In this document: positions 25,430-37,308 of the stretch, piece by piece
Layout: each line of letters begins with the position of its first letter
How positions within the stretch are numbered: the stretch's first letter is position 1
DNA from: Octopus vulgaris
Taxonomy: Eukaryota
Direction of reading: 5' to 3'
NCBI GenBank assembly: GCA_951406725.2
Contig: OX597815.1
Span: 162,068,001 to 162,132,000 of the forward strand
Length of the DNA: 64,000 bases
Notes under the pieces: generated by a model
What the model was told of the DNA's origin: nothing
Database searches by the model: none
The model's input: only the letters and a program-made list of their open reading frames with translations
Made by a program: the position numbers and the translations under genes

Positions 25430-27830
25430 ACAAGTATTCTCTATATAGAATACACTATGTAGTGCTCAAAAGATTTGATCTTGAGCAGGTACAGGAGTAA
25501 ATGTAAGGACAAGCAAGTTAGGCAAGTCAATTTACACAGAATAATAAATACATTTAATACAAAAAATGTACATATCTATGCAAATAAAATAATCTGACTT
25601 ATACAGAATATAAATGATATCAGGAGTTAGATGGGCTGAGATTTACCTGTTCAATAGTTGTTTCTGAGGGCTTGGTGGTCCAGAATCATGATAGTTATTT
25701 GGTTCCATTATCAGATAATACTGCCTCCATCTTCCAGGGAGAATTTTACATTTGAGGGGTTGACACGATGGAGTTTAAAGATGGAATGATTTTGTGGAAA
25801 CTAAGTGTATGAGGAAGAGGGGTTGGGGGTGTTTAGATAGAGAGTAGTGGGAGGAAAAAATAGATTTTACAGTTAGGGTTAATAATGGGGCTAGTGATAG
25901 TAGAAGAGGTGGAAGGTGAGAGGAAGAGGGAAGGGTGGTTTAGTTAGAATGTGAAGGATGACCTTTGTGTTAGTTTGTAGGCTATAGAGTTAAACATTGA
26001 GATAGTGAAATGGGATGGTTATTATTTGAGGGAAATGAGTTGACTGGTAAAGTAGCTGAGGGGGTGAGAAGGTGGTCAAAAGTAGTTGTTAGTGGGACAA
26101 AGGAGCTGGGTTGGTATTGTAGAGAGGTGTTGTGGTAAGGAAAGGATTATGAAATTGAATAGAAAGGTGTCGGTAGGGGAAGTAGAAGCAGAATGGTTAG
26201 TTTTCAAAAGAGTGTGTTTTGTTAAGTACTGTTTGAAGGTAGGGAGGCTAAGAGGGAAGTGAGAAGTGGTTGATTTGAAGATTTGGAAGAAATTTGAGAT
26301 ATGTGTATGAGAAAGAATAAGATTGGGGGTTAGTATTTATTAAATAGTAGGCTGCACAGTTGACTTTATTTTAGTTTAAGGTTTTTTGGGGAATGGAAAC
26401 TTATTATAGGATTATATAGATTTGGCAAAGTGCGTGAAAGATGAATAGTACTTGTGTTTACAAGAATAAATAGCATGATAGAATCTATTAGGTAATGAGG
26501 AGTTATGAAGGCAAAGAACAGTTAATGGTTCTTTTAGACATAACTAACATTTACCAATATTTGCATTGCATGGGAAAGCTTCACTTACTATGAACCAGAA
26601 TAGGGTGTGTGGAATATTTTTTTCATGGAAGCCACTTATTTGGAGGGCCTGATTATAATAAGGGGTGTGAGAGTTAAAAAATTCTTCTTTAGCAGATAAG
26701 TTAGAGATTGATAGATATTCTTATGACTGCTATTAAAAGTAAGTTTAGTGGGAATAGAAAGGACATTCGCTGAATTTATGGAAAGGTGGTATAGATTTGT
26801 GTTTAAGTTGAGAATAACATCTAAGAAATTGGTCACCTTAGTGTCAATTTCGAATGAAATACTGAAGTTATAGTTTTAAAAAATTTGTGTTGGGCTTTCT
26901 TGGTGCATTCCTCTGATAGCTGAGATAATCCAATTGCTGGAAGGAATGCATCATCCCTGTATAGTCCGCTGAGTAGGTTGGGGAAGTATTGTTTAATTTG
27001 AGCAAGAAGGAGTAGGCCAACAAGGTTGGTGACCTGGGCTGAGTCTGATGTGCCCATGATTATATCAAAGTAAACCATAGATGAGTTGCAAGTCCAATTA
27101 TTATCCTTAAAGTAAATTAGAGTCTTCCTGACAGCCAGGATGATATTGATGTTCAATTGGGGGACGGGAGCATATTTTCAGGCAAAGATTACAGCTTTAT
27201 GTAGGAGAATTGGTGATATTGATGAGTAATAATTTGAGATGTCAAACTGAAGAAAATGGGTGTGTTGTTTATCATGAAGAGAGTGAAACCAAGTGATGAC
27301 GTTTCCAGTGCAATTCCAGAATGGAAGCTTAATGTTAGTTCTAACAAGGGGTAGAACACAGTCAATAATACATTTACTAATTCAACTGTAGCCAGATTTA
27401 GTGGGGGCAGAAGAGTCTAATGGAAGGCTTAGAGTAGAAGTTAGATTTGTGCTACTTCAGGGTGAAGTGGAGGGGTTTTAAGTGTATATGGTTCATTTCT
27501 ATTTAGTAAATTTAGATTAGCAATGAGCTTACAGTGGATGTTATTAATCTCCTTAAGAGCATTTCTCTGTGCATGTTTATAATTTGTGTTTAGTTCCTTT
27601 GATATGAGATTAGTATATGTTTCCAAGGGAAGGGAGTAAAGATTGCAGTTTTATCAGCAAAGACATGCAGACGTGGTGAAGTTCTTATTTTAGGTGTAAT
27701 TTTGGATAGTTCTTTCTGGAAGGAATTAATATAATTAGAGAATTTAATGCTTTTTAATATATGTAGTAGATCTTTCTCAAAATTAGTCAATGCAGGGTTT
27801 GGGGGTGGGTTTTTGAGGGACTTTAGTTTG
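25430..27830 (-). mobile_element. Degraded Penelope-like element, probably Naiad clade
   Basis: FEKDLLHILKSIKF..VFADKT; FDIIMGTSDSAQVTNLVGL; GLYRDD; NFLDVILNL; a C-terminal KC*LCLKE..CKHK motif near 26450-26570; many frameshifts. Confidence 0.75.
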
Positions 27831-28559
27831 TAAGCGTCCTTTTCATTAGAATGTTTTGGATGATTAGATTTGAGGTCATTGCATAGGGCTCACCACCTCT
27901 TAAAGCCAGGAACTTTTCAGCACTCCCTTGTATATGTAGGAATGGTGTAGACAGGAACTGAGTACATGTGCACTTTGCAAGAGTGTACATGTGTGCATGT
28001 GTTTGCAATAGATTCAGTGGGATGTGCTGCACATTGACAAAAAATTGAGACTTCAGACACATCAGAGATACAGAAGTTTTTAGCAGCAGAGCCACTTGTA
28101 AAATAATGTCAATGAACTTCATAAACGGTCTACAAGATGTAATTCACAATTTTTGATAAGTAGGTGATCTAATTAATGCAGCTGGCTGCTGTAGCATAAT
28201 TATAATAAAGTATAGTAAAGGCAGAGGAGGAGGAGGAGATGTTGAAGGATTAAAGTCTAAGCTTTCAGCAATTTAAGACCATAATAGTATCAGTTCTTAG
28301 TTGAAACTACTTTTCTTCCCTAACATGCAGTTGAACTTGAGGTCATAATATTCTATTTGAATTTCTATGGTGTTCAGCTTAGCCAATATAAATAAACACA
28401 TATACACATGTGTGTTTGTGTGACTGCCCACATGTATGTGTGTGTTTATGTGATTGCATGCATATGCATGTGTGTATGTGTGGGCAAACTTCTGTGTGTG
28501 TGCGTGTGTGTGTGCGTGCACACATGTGTGTATATGTGCATATATGAATGTTTTTGCTT

Positions 28560-28850
28560 GTTCCTTCTTGAGCCATGCCTGGCTCATAAGGGCTGGTTTC
28601 CTTGGCATATAGGTTCCCCACCTGGATGGGACGCCAGTCCGTCACAGGTGAGCTGCAAGATGCAGGAGGAAAGAGTGAGAGGAAGTTGTGGCAAAAGATT
28701 CAGCAGAAGTTTGCCATTACCTTCTGCCGGAGCTGCATGGAGCTTAGATGTTTCGCTCATAAACACACACACCACCCGGTCTGAGATTCGAACCCGTGAT
28801 CCCTCGACTACGAGTCCGCTGCTCTAACCACTAGGCTATGTACCTCCACA
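28560..28850 (-). mobile_element. tRNA-derived SINE (family B)
   Basis: Minus strand reads tagcctagtggttagagcagcggactcgtagtcgagggatcacgggttcgaatc (A and B boxes); body like 10976-11270. Confidence 0.85.
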
Positions 28851-29324
28851 CGCATATATGAATGGATCTCAGTCATATTCAGAGAAGAGAGTTCGAATAT
28901 TTGATCAACTGAATTACTTGCTTATTGAATTAACATTGAACTTAACGAACAAGGTAATAGATGACCAGCTCTGTGAATCAGAGTAGCTGTTCCAACACAT
29001 CTCCTTCACTATCCTTTGGGGCAACACTTTTTTCTTTTTTGTCAGCTGGTGCCATGAGAAATGTTTCTATATTGTGAGAGGCAAGATTCTCCATTAATCC
29101 AAGAGACAAGTTACAATTGTTCAGCTTCATTCATGCCATAAGCAACCTCAAATAACAGAAATTAACTACAAAAATATCCTTTACAAGCTATAAAAAATAA
29201 GACTCCCCCACCTAGCTCTCCAAAGATGTCATGTGGTGAGACCAAATCCAGAACATAATGGATGGGAAACAAATTTGTTAATTATTCACCAATAATTCTT
29301 CTTGTCATTGTGTTACTTAGCCAT

Positions 29325-30250
29325 TGTATTACTTATCAGCAGGCAAGCAGTGATAAAATTCAATGAGTTTTCTTTCTCTGTGCTTCTCTTTCAACAAGGT
29401 ATTAGCTTGCAAGTCAGTAAGCTCCAGTTGTAGTTCAGTTGGCACGTTATCAAGAATACAGCCATAGGGATTCTCAAACAAAAGAATTTCATTGACAATT
29501 CTGTCAAGAGCTGAAAATTTTTGAGAAAAAGGCTCATTTAAGTCCCAAATAATTTTTTGGTGAAACTCAAGGTTAACATGTTCCACATTTTCTGTGCAAA
29601 ACTCTTGAAAACACTGAGAATAAGAGAAGTTTCCTCCTTCAAGTTGTGCTTCAAACATTGATAGCTTTCTGCAAAATGTTGTAATAATTCTGTAGAGGTC
29701 ATAGACAAGGTTAGTTTTTCCTTGCAGTTTTAAATTCAATTTATTCATTTGTGAAGTGACGTCAACTAAAAATGACAATTTTGATAACTATGAAGGATCT
29801 GACAGCTGTGGATCAGCTGTATTCTTATCGGTGTGAAAAAGATCTATTTCTCTTCAGAGCTTATAAAAACGAAACAGGACTTTACCACAGCTGAGCCATC
29901 TCACTTTTGTGTAGTAAGGCAAGTCACAGAAATTAGAATCCGTTTTTTCAAGGAAAGCCTGGAACTGTCAGTGATTAAGCCCATGATTCTGAATAAAGTT
30001 CACCACAGTTGCAACCAGTTTTAGTACACAAGAAATATTTAAGTGTTTTCCACAGAGTGCTTGCTGATGTATAATGCAGTGTATAAACAGATCTTTTGGA
30101 AGTTGAAGCTCCTCCAACTTGGTCTGGATTCACCCTACTAAACCTTTCCTCACTCCTGCCATATTTTCCCCTCTATCGACAGTAATACACCGAAGTTGAT
30201 TCCACTGAAGGTTATAGTTTTGCAAAGTTTTCTGCACCTCTATGAAAACA
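29325..30250 (-). mobile_element. hAT (Buster/SPIN/GTF2IRD2-like) transposase remnant
   Basis: CITVDRGENMAG, VVNFIQNHGLNH*QF, YYTKVRWLSCGKVLFRF, SFLVDVTSQMNKLNLKLQGK, LFENPY, LQLELTDLQ. Confidence 0.85.
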
Positions 30251-30458
30251 GAGTGCCGTCTGACTGGCTCACAGGCCAGTGGCACAAAAAAAAGCACCCA
30301 CTACATTCTGAGATTGGTTGGTGTTAGGAAGGGCATTCAGCTGTAGAAACCTTGCCAAATCGGATTGGAACCTTGTGCAACCTCCCGGCTTGCCAGTTCT
30401 CACTCAAACCGTCCAACCCATGCCAGCATGGAAAGTGGACATTAAATGATGATGATGA

Positions 30459-30502
<44 letters not shown>

Positions 30503-30521
30503 ACATATATATACATATAAA

Positions 30522-30860
30522 GGGTAAAGACCCCCTTCGGTCATGAGTGACCATGGGTTTGCACCTAGAGAGTTACCCTCTGAGGCACAAGTCTGGGCAA
30601 GGTTGTTTTATGGAAGACCAGTAGTCACCCATGCATACCGGCCTCCCCTCTCCATGCCACCAGTGTTTCCAAGGGAAAGACAAAGGTCGATACAGCTTGG
30701 CACCTGTGACGTTGCAACTCATTTCTACAGCTGAGTGAACTGGAGCAACGTGAAATAAAGTGTCTTGCTCAAAAACACAACACGCAGCCCGGTCCGGGAT
30801 TCGAGCTCACAACCTCACAATCGTAAGCTCGACGCTCTAACCACTGAGCCATGCGCCTCC
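30522..30860 (-). mobile_element. tRNA-derived SINE (family B-related)
   Basis: ggcgcatggctcagtggttagagcg..gagctcgaatccc head with a tgagcaagacactttatttcacg core. Confidence 0.85.
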
Positions 30861-30914
30861 ATACATATATATGTATATATATATAAACATGTATATATAC
30901 ATACATATAGATAT

Positions 30915-31395
30915 TGAATTGCAGCTGGTAATTGAGAGAGGGGAGCACAAGACCGTGATGGATGGAGGAAGATACTGTATGATGGTTGTTCGAGGTTTGA
31001 GAAAGAGAGAGTGAGGTATGAGAGAATTAGGAGAGAGCTTAGAAATGAGGAACCTGTGGAAAGTGAGAGTGTTGCTTTTTATGTGTGTGGTTCGTGAGTG
31101 GAGGTGTTTGAGTCATGCAGGCCTGGTGAACCATCAAAATTCTCATTGAAATCGACCCATGATAAATAATTATGTGGCTATTAAAATTCATAACAGAACG
31201 TGCGTGAAATGTGCAAGGGTGTGCCTCTTAGTTGGAGGTCTAAAAAGACATGTTAAGAGAGTGCATATGGTGACACCTGTTTCTCCTGTCAGCCAGCACA
31301 TTTGTCTAGTGTGTAATAAAATGTGTAAAAGTTTGACCGGGCTTAATAGACATATAAGGGCATCACATGGCAAAAATCATGAATCATTTCGGTAA
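30915..31395 (+). mobile_element. LINE (RTE/BovB-like) C-terminus with tandem C2H2 zinc fingers
   Basis: AQDRDGWRKILYDG..FEKER followed by CLSHAGLVNH, CVKCARVC..GLKRHVKRVH and CLVCNKMCKSLTGLNRHIRASH. Confidence 0.6.
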
Positions 31396-31461
31396 GTCTT
31401 CTTCAAAATGGCTTTTCTGGTGTAACAAGGATGCAGCTGTGATATATACATGTATATGAGT

Positions 31462-31725
31462 GAAGGCGCATGGCTCAATGTTTAAAGTGTTGAGCTTACA
31501 ATCGTGAGGTTGTGAGTTTGATTCCTGGACCGGGCTGCGTGTTGTGTTCTTGAGAAAGACACTTTATTTCATGCTGCTCCAGTTTACTCAGCTGTAGAAA
31601 TTAGTTGCGATGTCACTGCTGCCAAAGTGTATCATCTTTTGCCTTTCCCTTGGATAATATCAGTGGCATGGCGAGGGGAGGCTGGTATGTATAGGTGACT
31701 GCTGGTCTTCCATAAAAACAACCCT
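31462..31725 (+). mobile_element. tRNA-derived SINE, inverted partner of 30522-30860
   Basis: Same head, core and tail in the opposite orientation. Confidence 0.85.
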
Positions 31726-31773
31726 ATATACAAATATACATACATACACACATACATCCATATATAATAATGA

Positions 31774-31813
<40 letters not shown>

Positions 31814-31927
31814 TAAAAGGAATTCCAACCTTGTCTGATTTTCACATTTTATTTACAATCTTATAATGATATAATATAAGATAATATAATATAATAAAAT
31901 AATAGAATGTTAAATGTTCATTCTGAT

Positions 31928-31972
31928 TGAACTAGTACTTTCATGCATTAAATTATGCAATGTTCAGGTTCA
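31928..31972 (-). ncRNA. Minimal type I hammerhead ribozyme motif (G8 mutated)
   Basis: tgaac CTGAACA ttgcat aattta atgcat GAAA gtac TA gttca: perfect 5 bp stem I, stem II and palindromic AGTACT stem III. Confidence 0.7.
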
Positions 31973-32420
31973 TGTAGTAGTGGTGACAGTGGAGATGGTT
32001 AAATCTGTGCCTTAAATACACCTGTGTGGGCTCCAGATTGCTAGGTTTTGCAAACTGTATTCTGACCAATCAGTGTGTAGCATCACTCAATTACTTAAGC
32101 TGATTGGTTGGTTTAGGCATCACGCTTTGTTGAACATGTCAAGAGTCCTGTATCTTAACCCTGACTGAGGCAGCAATTATTGGGCTATTTTTAGAAATGC
32201 TGTAAATAGCCTTTGTCAGGGATTTTTATATTTCAATTGTCATCATCATCATTGTCAGCACCTTAATTATTGTTGCTAGTGGTGATGGTGGTGGCAATAG
32301 AACTTTTAACTCTAAATAAGATAATTTTCCTGCTATCTTCATCTTGATCACCTTTAGTATTGTTGTTGTTGTTAGTGGTCATGGTCGTAGCAGTAGAAGT
32401 AGTACCTCTAAGTATTATTG

Positions 32421-34090
32421 TTATTGCTTATTTAGCTTGGGTTCGAATTTATCAATAAAATTCTTTTCTCTGATTTTCCTCTCGATTTCACTTGGGCTGT
32501 GTAATTTGTAGAATGGAAATATTATATATATTTTCCGACCACATGTTGCTAGGTGGTTACTCAAAGGTATCTGACGGACCTCTGGGTCTCTAATCTGTTG
32601 TCGGTGTACACGTGAGCGTTCTGATAGTGCATTTCCCGTCTGACCTACATATTTTTCTTCACAATTTGGGCATTTGATGCAGTAAATTAAATTTCTGCTT
32701 TTGCAGTTCATATTCGCATTTGTGAATATTTTCCCGGTTTTTGTGTTTATATATTGGCCGGTATGTATGAATTGGCATGTGCCACATCAGCTATCATTGC
32801 ATTTAGATACAGTGAATGTTTGGTCTTTGTTGCTATGGTCAAATTTTGCCTTTGTTAGTAATTTTTTCAAGTTTTTAGGCTGTCTTTTACTAAGAACCAT
32901 AGCTTGATCCGTGATTATATCTTTTAATTCATTACTTTGAGCAATGATTGGTAGGTTTGCTTTGGCAATGTTGAAGATATTCTGGTGACATGGGTTGTGT
33001 GTCACTATGAATGGTATGATTTGTTCTTGTTTTCCTCTTCCTTGGGTTGTCCTAAGTTGTATGGGTATTTTTATAGCCCGCTGTATGCCATTTTCTATAA
33101 GTAGAGATGGGTATTTTTGTTTGAGCAAAAATTCTCTTAGTTCTGTTAGGCGTTTGTTCCTGATATTTGCATCTTCTACAATGGTACAAATTCTTCTGGC
33201 TAGGCAGTATGGGATGTTGCATTTTGTATGTGGTGGATGGCACGACTTAAAATTCAGGTATTGATGTATGTCTGTGTGTTTATAGTATATATCTGTGGTG
33301 ATAGTGGTGTCCTTTTTAATTACCATTATATCTAGGAATGATAATTTGGTACTACTTATCTCCTTTGTAAATTGGAGAGATGGGTGTAGGTTGTTCAGGA
33401 GGATATTGAACTCTTCCAGAGTATTTAGAGATTCTGTCCAGATTATGAAGCAGTCGTCAAGGTATCTCTTCCATGCCTTTTCAATATACTTTCTAAATCC
33501 AGTGCCATATTTTACCTCCACCTCTTGGTAGAGTTGTTGTTCTAAGTATCCCATTACAGAGTTGGCGTAAACAAAAGCAAACCTTGTTCCCATCGCCGTG
33601 CCTCTAATTTGGATGTAATTCTTTCCATTGAAGAAGAATGTGTTGTTTTCTAGAATAAGTTTGACTGTGTCTAATATAAATGGCACTGTGAATCTGCTGG
33701 GAATCACTTCTCTATGTTTTTCTAACCAGTATTTAATCGCCTTTATTCCTAAATCATGTGGAATATTGGTGTAGAGGCTTACCACATCAAAACTTAGTAA
33801 AACTGAATTTGTTTCTGTTGTTTTGGGAAGATGGGACAGGAAGTCGATGTCATCCCTGATGAAACTGGGTATGTAAGTACATAGTGGTTTCAAAACAATG
33901 TCAATAAAATTGCTTAGACTGTGGGTGGGGCATGCTGGACCAGCTATAATAGGTCTAAGTTTTAGGTCTTTTGGATGTAGTAATTTTATGTACTCACTTT
34001 CTTGTTCTTTTACTGCATGTTGAATATCTTTTGATTTATGTATTTTCGGTAAGCCGTAGAAGTTGCTGGGTTTTGGTTCAAAATTGGTGA
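32421..34090 (-). pseudogene. Penelope RT-GIY-YIG ORF with one in-frame TGA (32787-32789)
   Basis: ORFs 32787-33893 and 32421-32711 are in the same frame (75 nt gap encoding CGTCQFIHTG..). Confidence 0.88.
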
Positions 34091-34237
34091 TGTAGTTCTT
34101 TCATTATCAGTAAGTGAGTTGTAGTGTTTTGAAATCAGGTTGTTGATCTTTTTCATGAGGTGGTGGTCTATATTTGAGGGTATTTCACAATAGAAGGTTG
34201 TGTCCTTATATACAAGTATATATATGGAGGTGGGGTA

Positions 34238-34372
34238 TAAATTTCAAACAATTACAAACAGAATGGAGACTGGTACATCCTCAAATTTTCCTTTTAGTTT
34301 TAACTGTTAAATTAAAAGAAAAATTTGAGGATGTACCAGTCTCTCTGTGCTCCTTGTAATTGTTTGGAATTT
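34238..34372. repeat. ~135 bp near-palindrome (hairpin)
   Basis: gagactggtacatcctcaaatttt / aaaatttgaggatgtaccagtctc perfect 24 bp, plus imperfect outer and inner arms. Confidence 0.9.
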
Positions 34373-34618
34373 ACACTTCTGAAAATATTCATGCTGGCAT
34401 GGTTGCTACATTAGGAGATGTTGCTCCAGTTTTATCAACAGTGCACAAGTGACCAGCCAAACTTAGGAAGGAAAAGGAGATAACCTAAGGTCATCTTGAA
34501 GATGACCCAAGGTTTGGACATCCTTCAACTTTGACTGTATTCACCACATGCTGATGTATAACAAGCGATTGACTATAAATCAAATAGCCAATGCTATTTG
34601 CACATCCTGTGAGAAAGT

Positions 34619-35286
34619 TACTCTTTTACTCTTTTACTTGTTTCAGTCATTTGACTGTGGCCATGCTGGAACACCGCCTTTAGTCGAGCAAATCGACTTT
34701 AGAGCCCATTCTTTGCAATCCCAGCACCCAATCTATCGGTCACCCCTACCGAACGACTAAGCTACAGGGATGTAAACACATCGGTATTGGATGTAAACAC
34801 ATCGGTATTGGTTGTCGAACTATGTTGGGGCGACAAACACAGACACACAAACATATACATGCACATATATTTATACATATATACGACGGGCTACTTTCAG
34901 TTTCTTATTTCTTTACTGCCCACAAAGGGCTAAACATAGAGGGGACAAACAAGGACAGACAAAGGGATTAAGTCAATTACATCGACCCCGGTGCATAACT
35001 GGTATGTAATTTATTGACCCCCAAAAGGATGAAAGGCAAAGCTGACCTCGGTGGAATTTGAACTCAGAACATAACAGCAGACAAAAAGCCATTAATCATT
35101 TCGCCCGTTGCATAAACGTTTCTGCCAGCTCACCACCTTCTTTCAGTTTCTGTCTACGAAATCCACTCACAAGGCTTTGGTCAGCCCAAGGCTATAGTAG
35201 AAGACACTTGCCCAAGGTGCCATGCAGTGGGAACCATGTGGTACGTAAGTAAGCAAGCTACTTACCACCAGCCACTCCTACACCTA
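34619..35286 (-). mobile_element. Family A bipartite SINE inside the mariner
   Basis: Tail at 34619-34890 and head at 35140-35286; homologous to 62130-62573. Confidence 0.85.
34905..35139 (-). mobile_element. Family C SINE (Meta/MESC-like core) nested with an 11 bp TSD
   Basis: ctttcagtttc duplicated at 34894-34904 and 35140-35150; body is the reverse complement of 51791-52019. Confidence 0.88.
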
Positions 35287-35953
35287 TAATATTCTGCACA
35301 AGGAACTTGGTATGATAAAGATTTCTGCTGAGTGGGTGCCACATTTTCTGACACTTGGTCAAAAATGCACCAGGCTGATCACATCATAGAAAAATTTGAC
35401 ATTGTTTGAGGAGATCCAGCTGGCTTCCTTGACTGTTTCCTATCCCAGGATGAGTAATAGTAGGGTGACATCACTTTGAACCAGAAACAAAGAGACAATC
35501 CATACAGTACAAACACTACTCCTCACCTGCTCCAAAGAAGACCAAGTTCGCTTCATCTGCAGGGACGGTGATGACCTCAGTTTTTTGAGAGGCAAAATGC
35601 AGTATGTTTATCGATGATCTTCAAAAGGGCTACACTATCAACTGGGAGTACTATGCCAATCTGCTGAGGCAGGCACAAAAGGCTATCAAGACCAAACATA
35701 CAGGAAAACTGACAAAAAAGGGTCTTGTTTCTTCAGCACAATGCTCAAGTCCCTGGTTTCAATGGTTGTTGTGTGTGACTGTGGTTTTGAACTGATTGAT
35801 CACCCTCCTTATTCTCCTGATTTGACTCCATCTCTTTATCATCTGTTCCCTAGCATGAAAAAGCACTTGGCTGAGAATTAGTATCTCAGCGATGATGGCA
35901 TCATATCTGCTATTGAAGACTTTTTTGACCAACAAGAGAAAAGCATCTTCACC

Positions 35954-36122
35954 AGGAGTGGCTGTGTGGTAAGTAGCTTGCTTACCAACCACATGGTTCT
36001 GGGTTCATTTCCACTGTGTGGCACCTTGGGCAAGTGTCTTCTACTATAGCCTTGGGCCGACCAAAGCCTTGTGAGTGGATTTGGTAGACGGAAACTGAAA
36101 GAATCCCGTCGTATATATGTAT

Positions 36123-36190
<68 letters not shown>

Positions 36191-36353
36191 CATAGGAGTG
36201 GCTGTGTGGTAAGTAGCTTGCTTACCAACCACATGGTTCTGGGTTCAGTCCCACTGCATGGCACTTTGGGCAAGTGTCTTCTACTATAGCCAACCAAAGC
36301 CTTGTGAGTGGGTTTGGTAAACAGAAACTGAAAGAAGCCCATCATATATATGA

Positions 36354-36385
<32 letters not shown>

Positions 36386-36600
36386 TTGTGTGTATGTTTG
36401 TGTGTCTGTATTTGTCCCCCCAACATTGCTTGACAACCGATGCCGGTGTGTTTACATCTCCATAACTTAGCAGTTCGGCATAAGAGACTGATAGAATAAG
36501 TACTAGGCTTCCAATGAATAAGTCCTGGGGTCGATTTGCTCAACTAAAGGCGGTGCTCCAGCATGGCCACAGTGAAATGACTGAAACAAGTAAAAGGGTA
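35954..36600 (+). mobile_element. Family A SINE with duplicated head and internal (TA)n/(TG)n
   Basis: Head at 35954-36110, (TA)n, second head at 36194-36340, (TG)n, tail ending gactgaaacaagtaaaag. Confidence 0.88.
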
Positions 36601-36740
36601 ATGAGAGCCAAGCACTACAACACTGATGGAAGAATAGCGTGAACCACAAAGGGAACTATGTTGAAGAATAAACTTCATGTGGTTACATTCTATTAGAGTA
36701 TCTTCGTCAGCCTATGAACTTTTATCATTTGACCCTCGAA

Positions 36741-36789
<49 letters not shown>

Positions 36790-37025
36790 ATGTGTGTCCC
36801 CTTATCTCAGCACTGCATGATTATTCTAAATAAGTATCACTATCATACAAGTGCTGTCATTTGTTTCCAAGTTTCTGTGAAAACATTTTGCAGTGATGGG
36901 GGGAAATTAACTTAATTGAAAAGTTGGCCACAGGAAGGCATCTGGCTGTAGAAAATGTCTCTCGAACAAATTCTGTCTCTAACCCATGTGGGCATGGAAA
37001 AGTGGATGTTAAAGCAATGCTGATG

Positions 37026-37308
<283 letters not shown>

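Larger units (their letters stand above)
31815..34170 (-). mobile_element. Penelope-like element (RT plus GIY-YIG; Neptune/Poseidon-type), 5'-truncated
   Basis: PKIHK..LRPIIAG, FDVVSLYTNIP, GTAMGT, RYLDD, SFLDI, linker CNDS*CGTC, LIYCIKC..YVGQT; 3' region contains a hammerhead-like motif and ends at (TA)n. Confidence 0.93.
34377..36739 (+). mobile_element. mariner transposon remnant split by SINE insertions
   Basis: LEDDPRFGHP..RLTINQIANAI | ILHKELGMIKISAEWVPH..HPPYSPDLTPS..LFPSMKKHL | ALQH*WK..KGNYVEE* followed by a TIR-like end. Confidence 0.88.

Noticed and set aside
29329-29778. Host GTF2IRD2/ZBED-like gene
   Set aside because: Stops and frameshifts upstream, a truncated C-terminus and no splice signals indicate a decayed hAT.
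32787-32789. In-frame TGA in the Penelope ORF as possible selenocysteine or readthrough
   Set aside because: It falls at the Arg position of the usual CxxxRCxxC linker, so CGA>TGA deamination explains it; no SECIS was seen.
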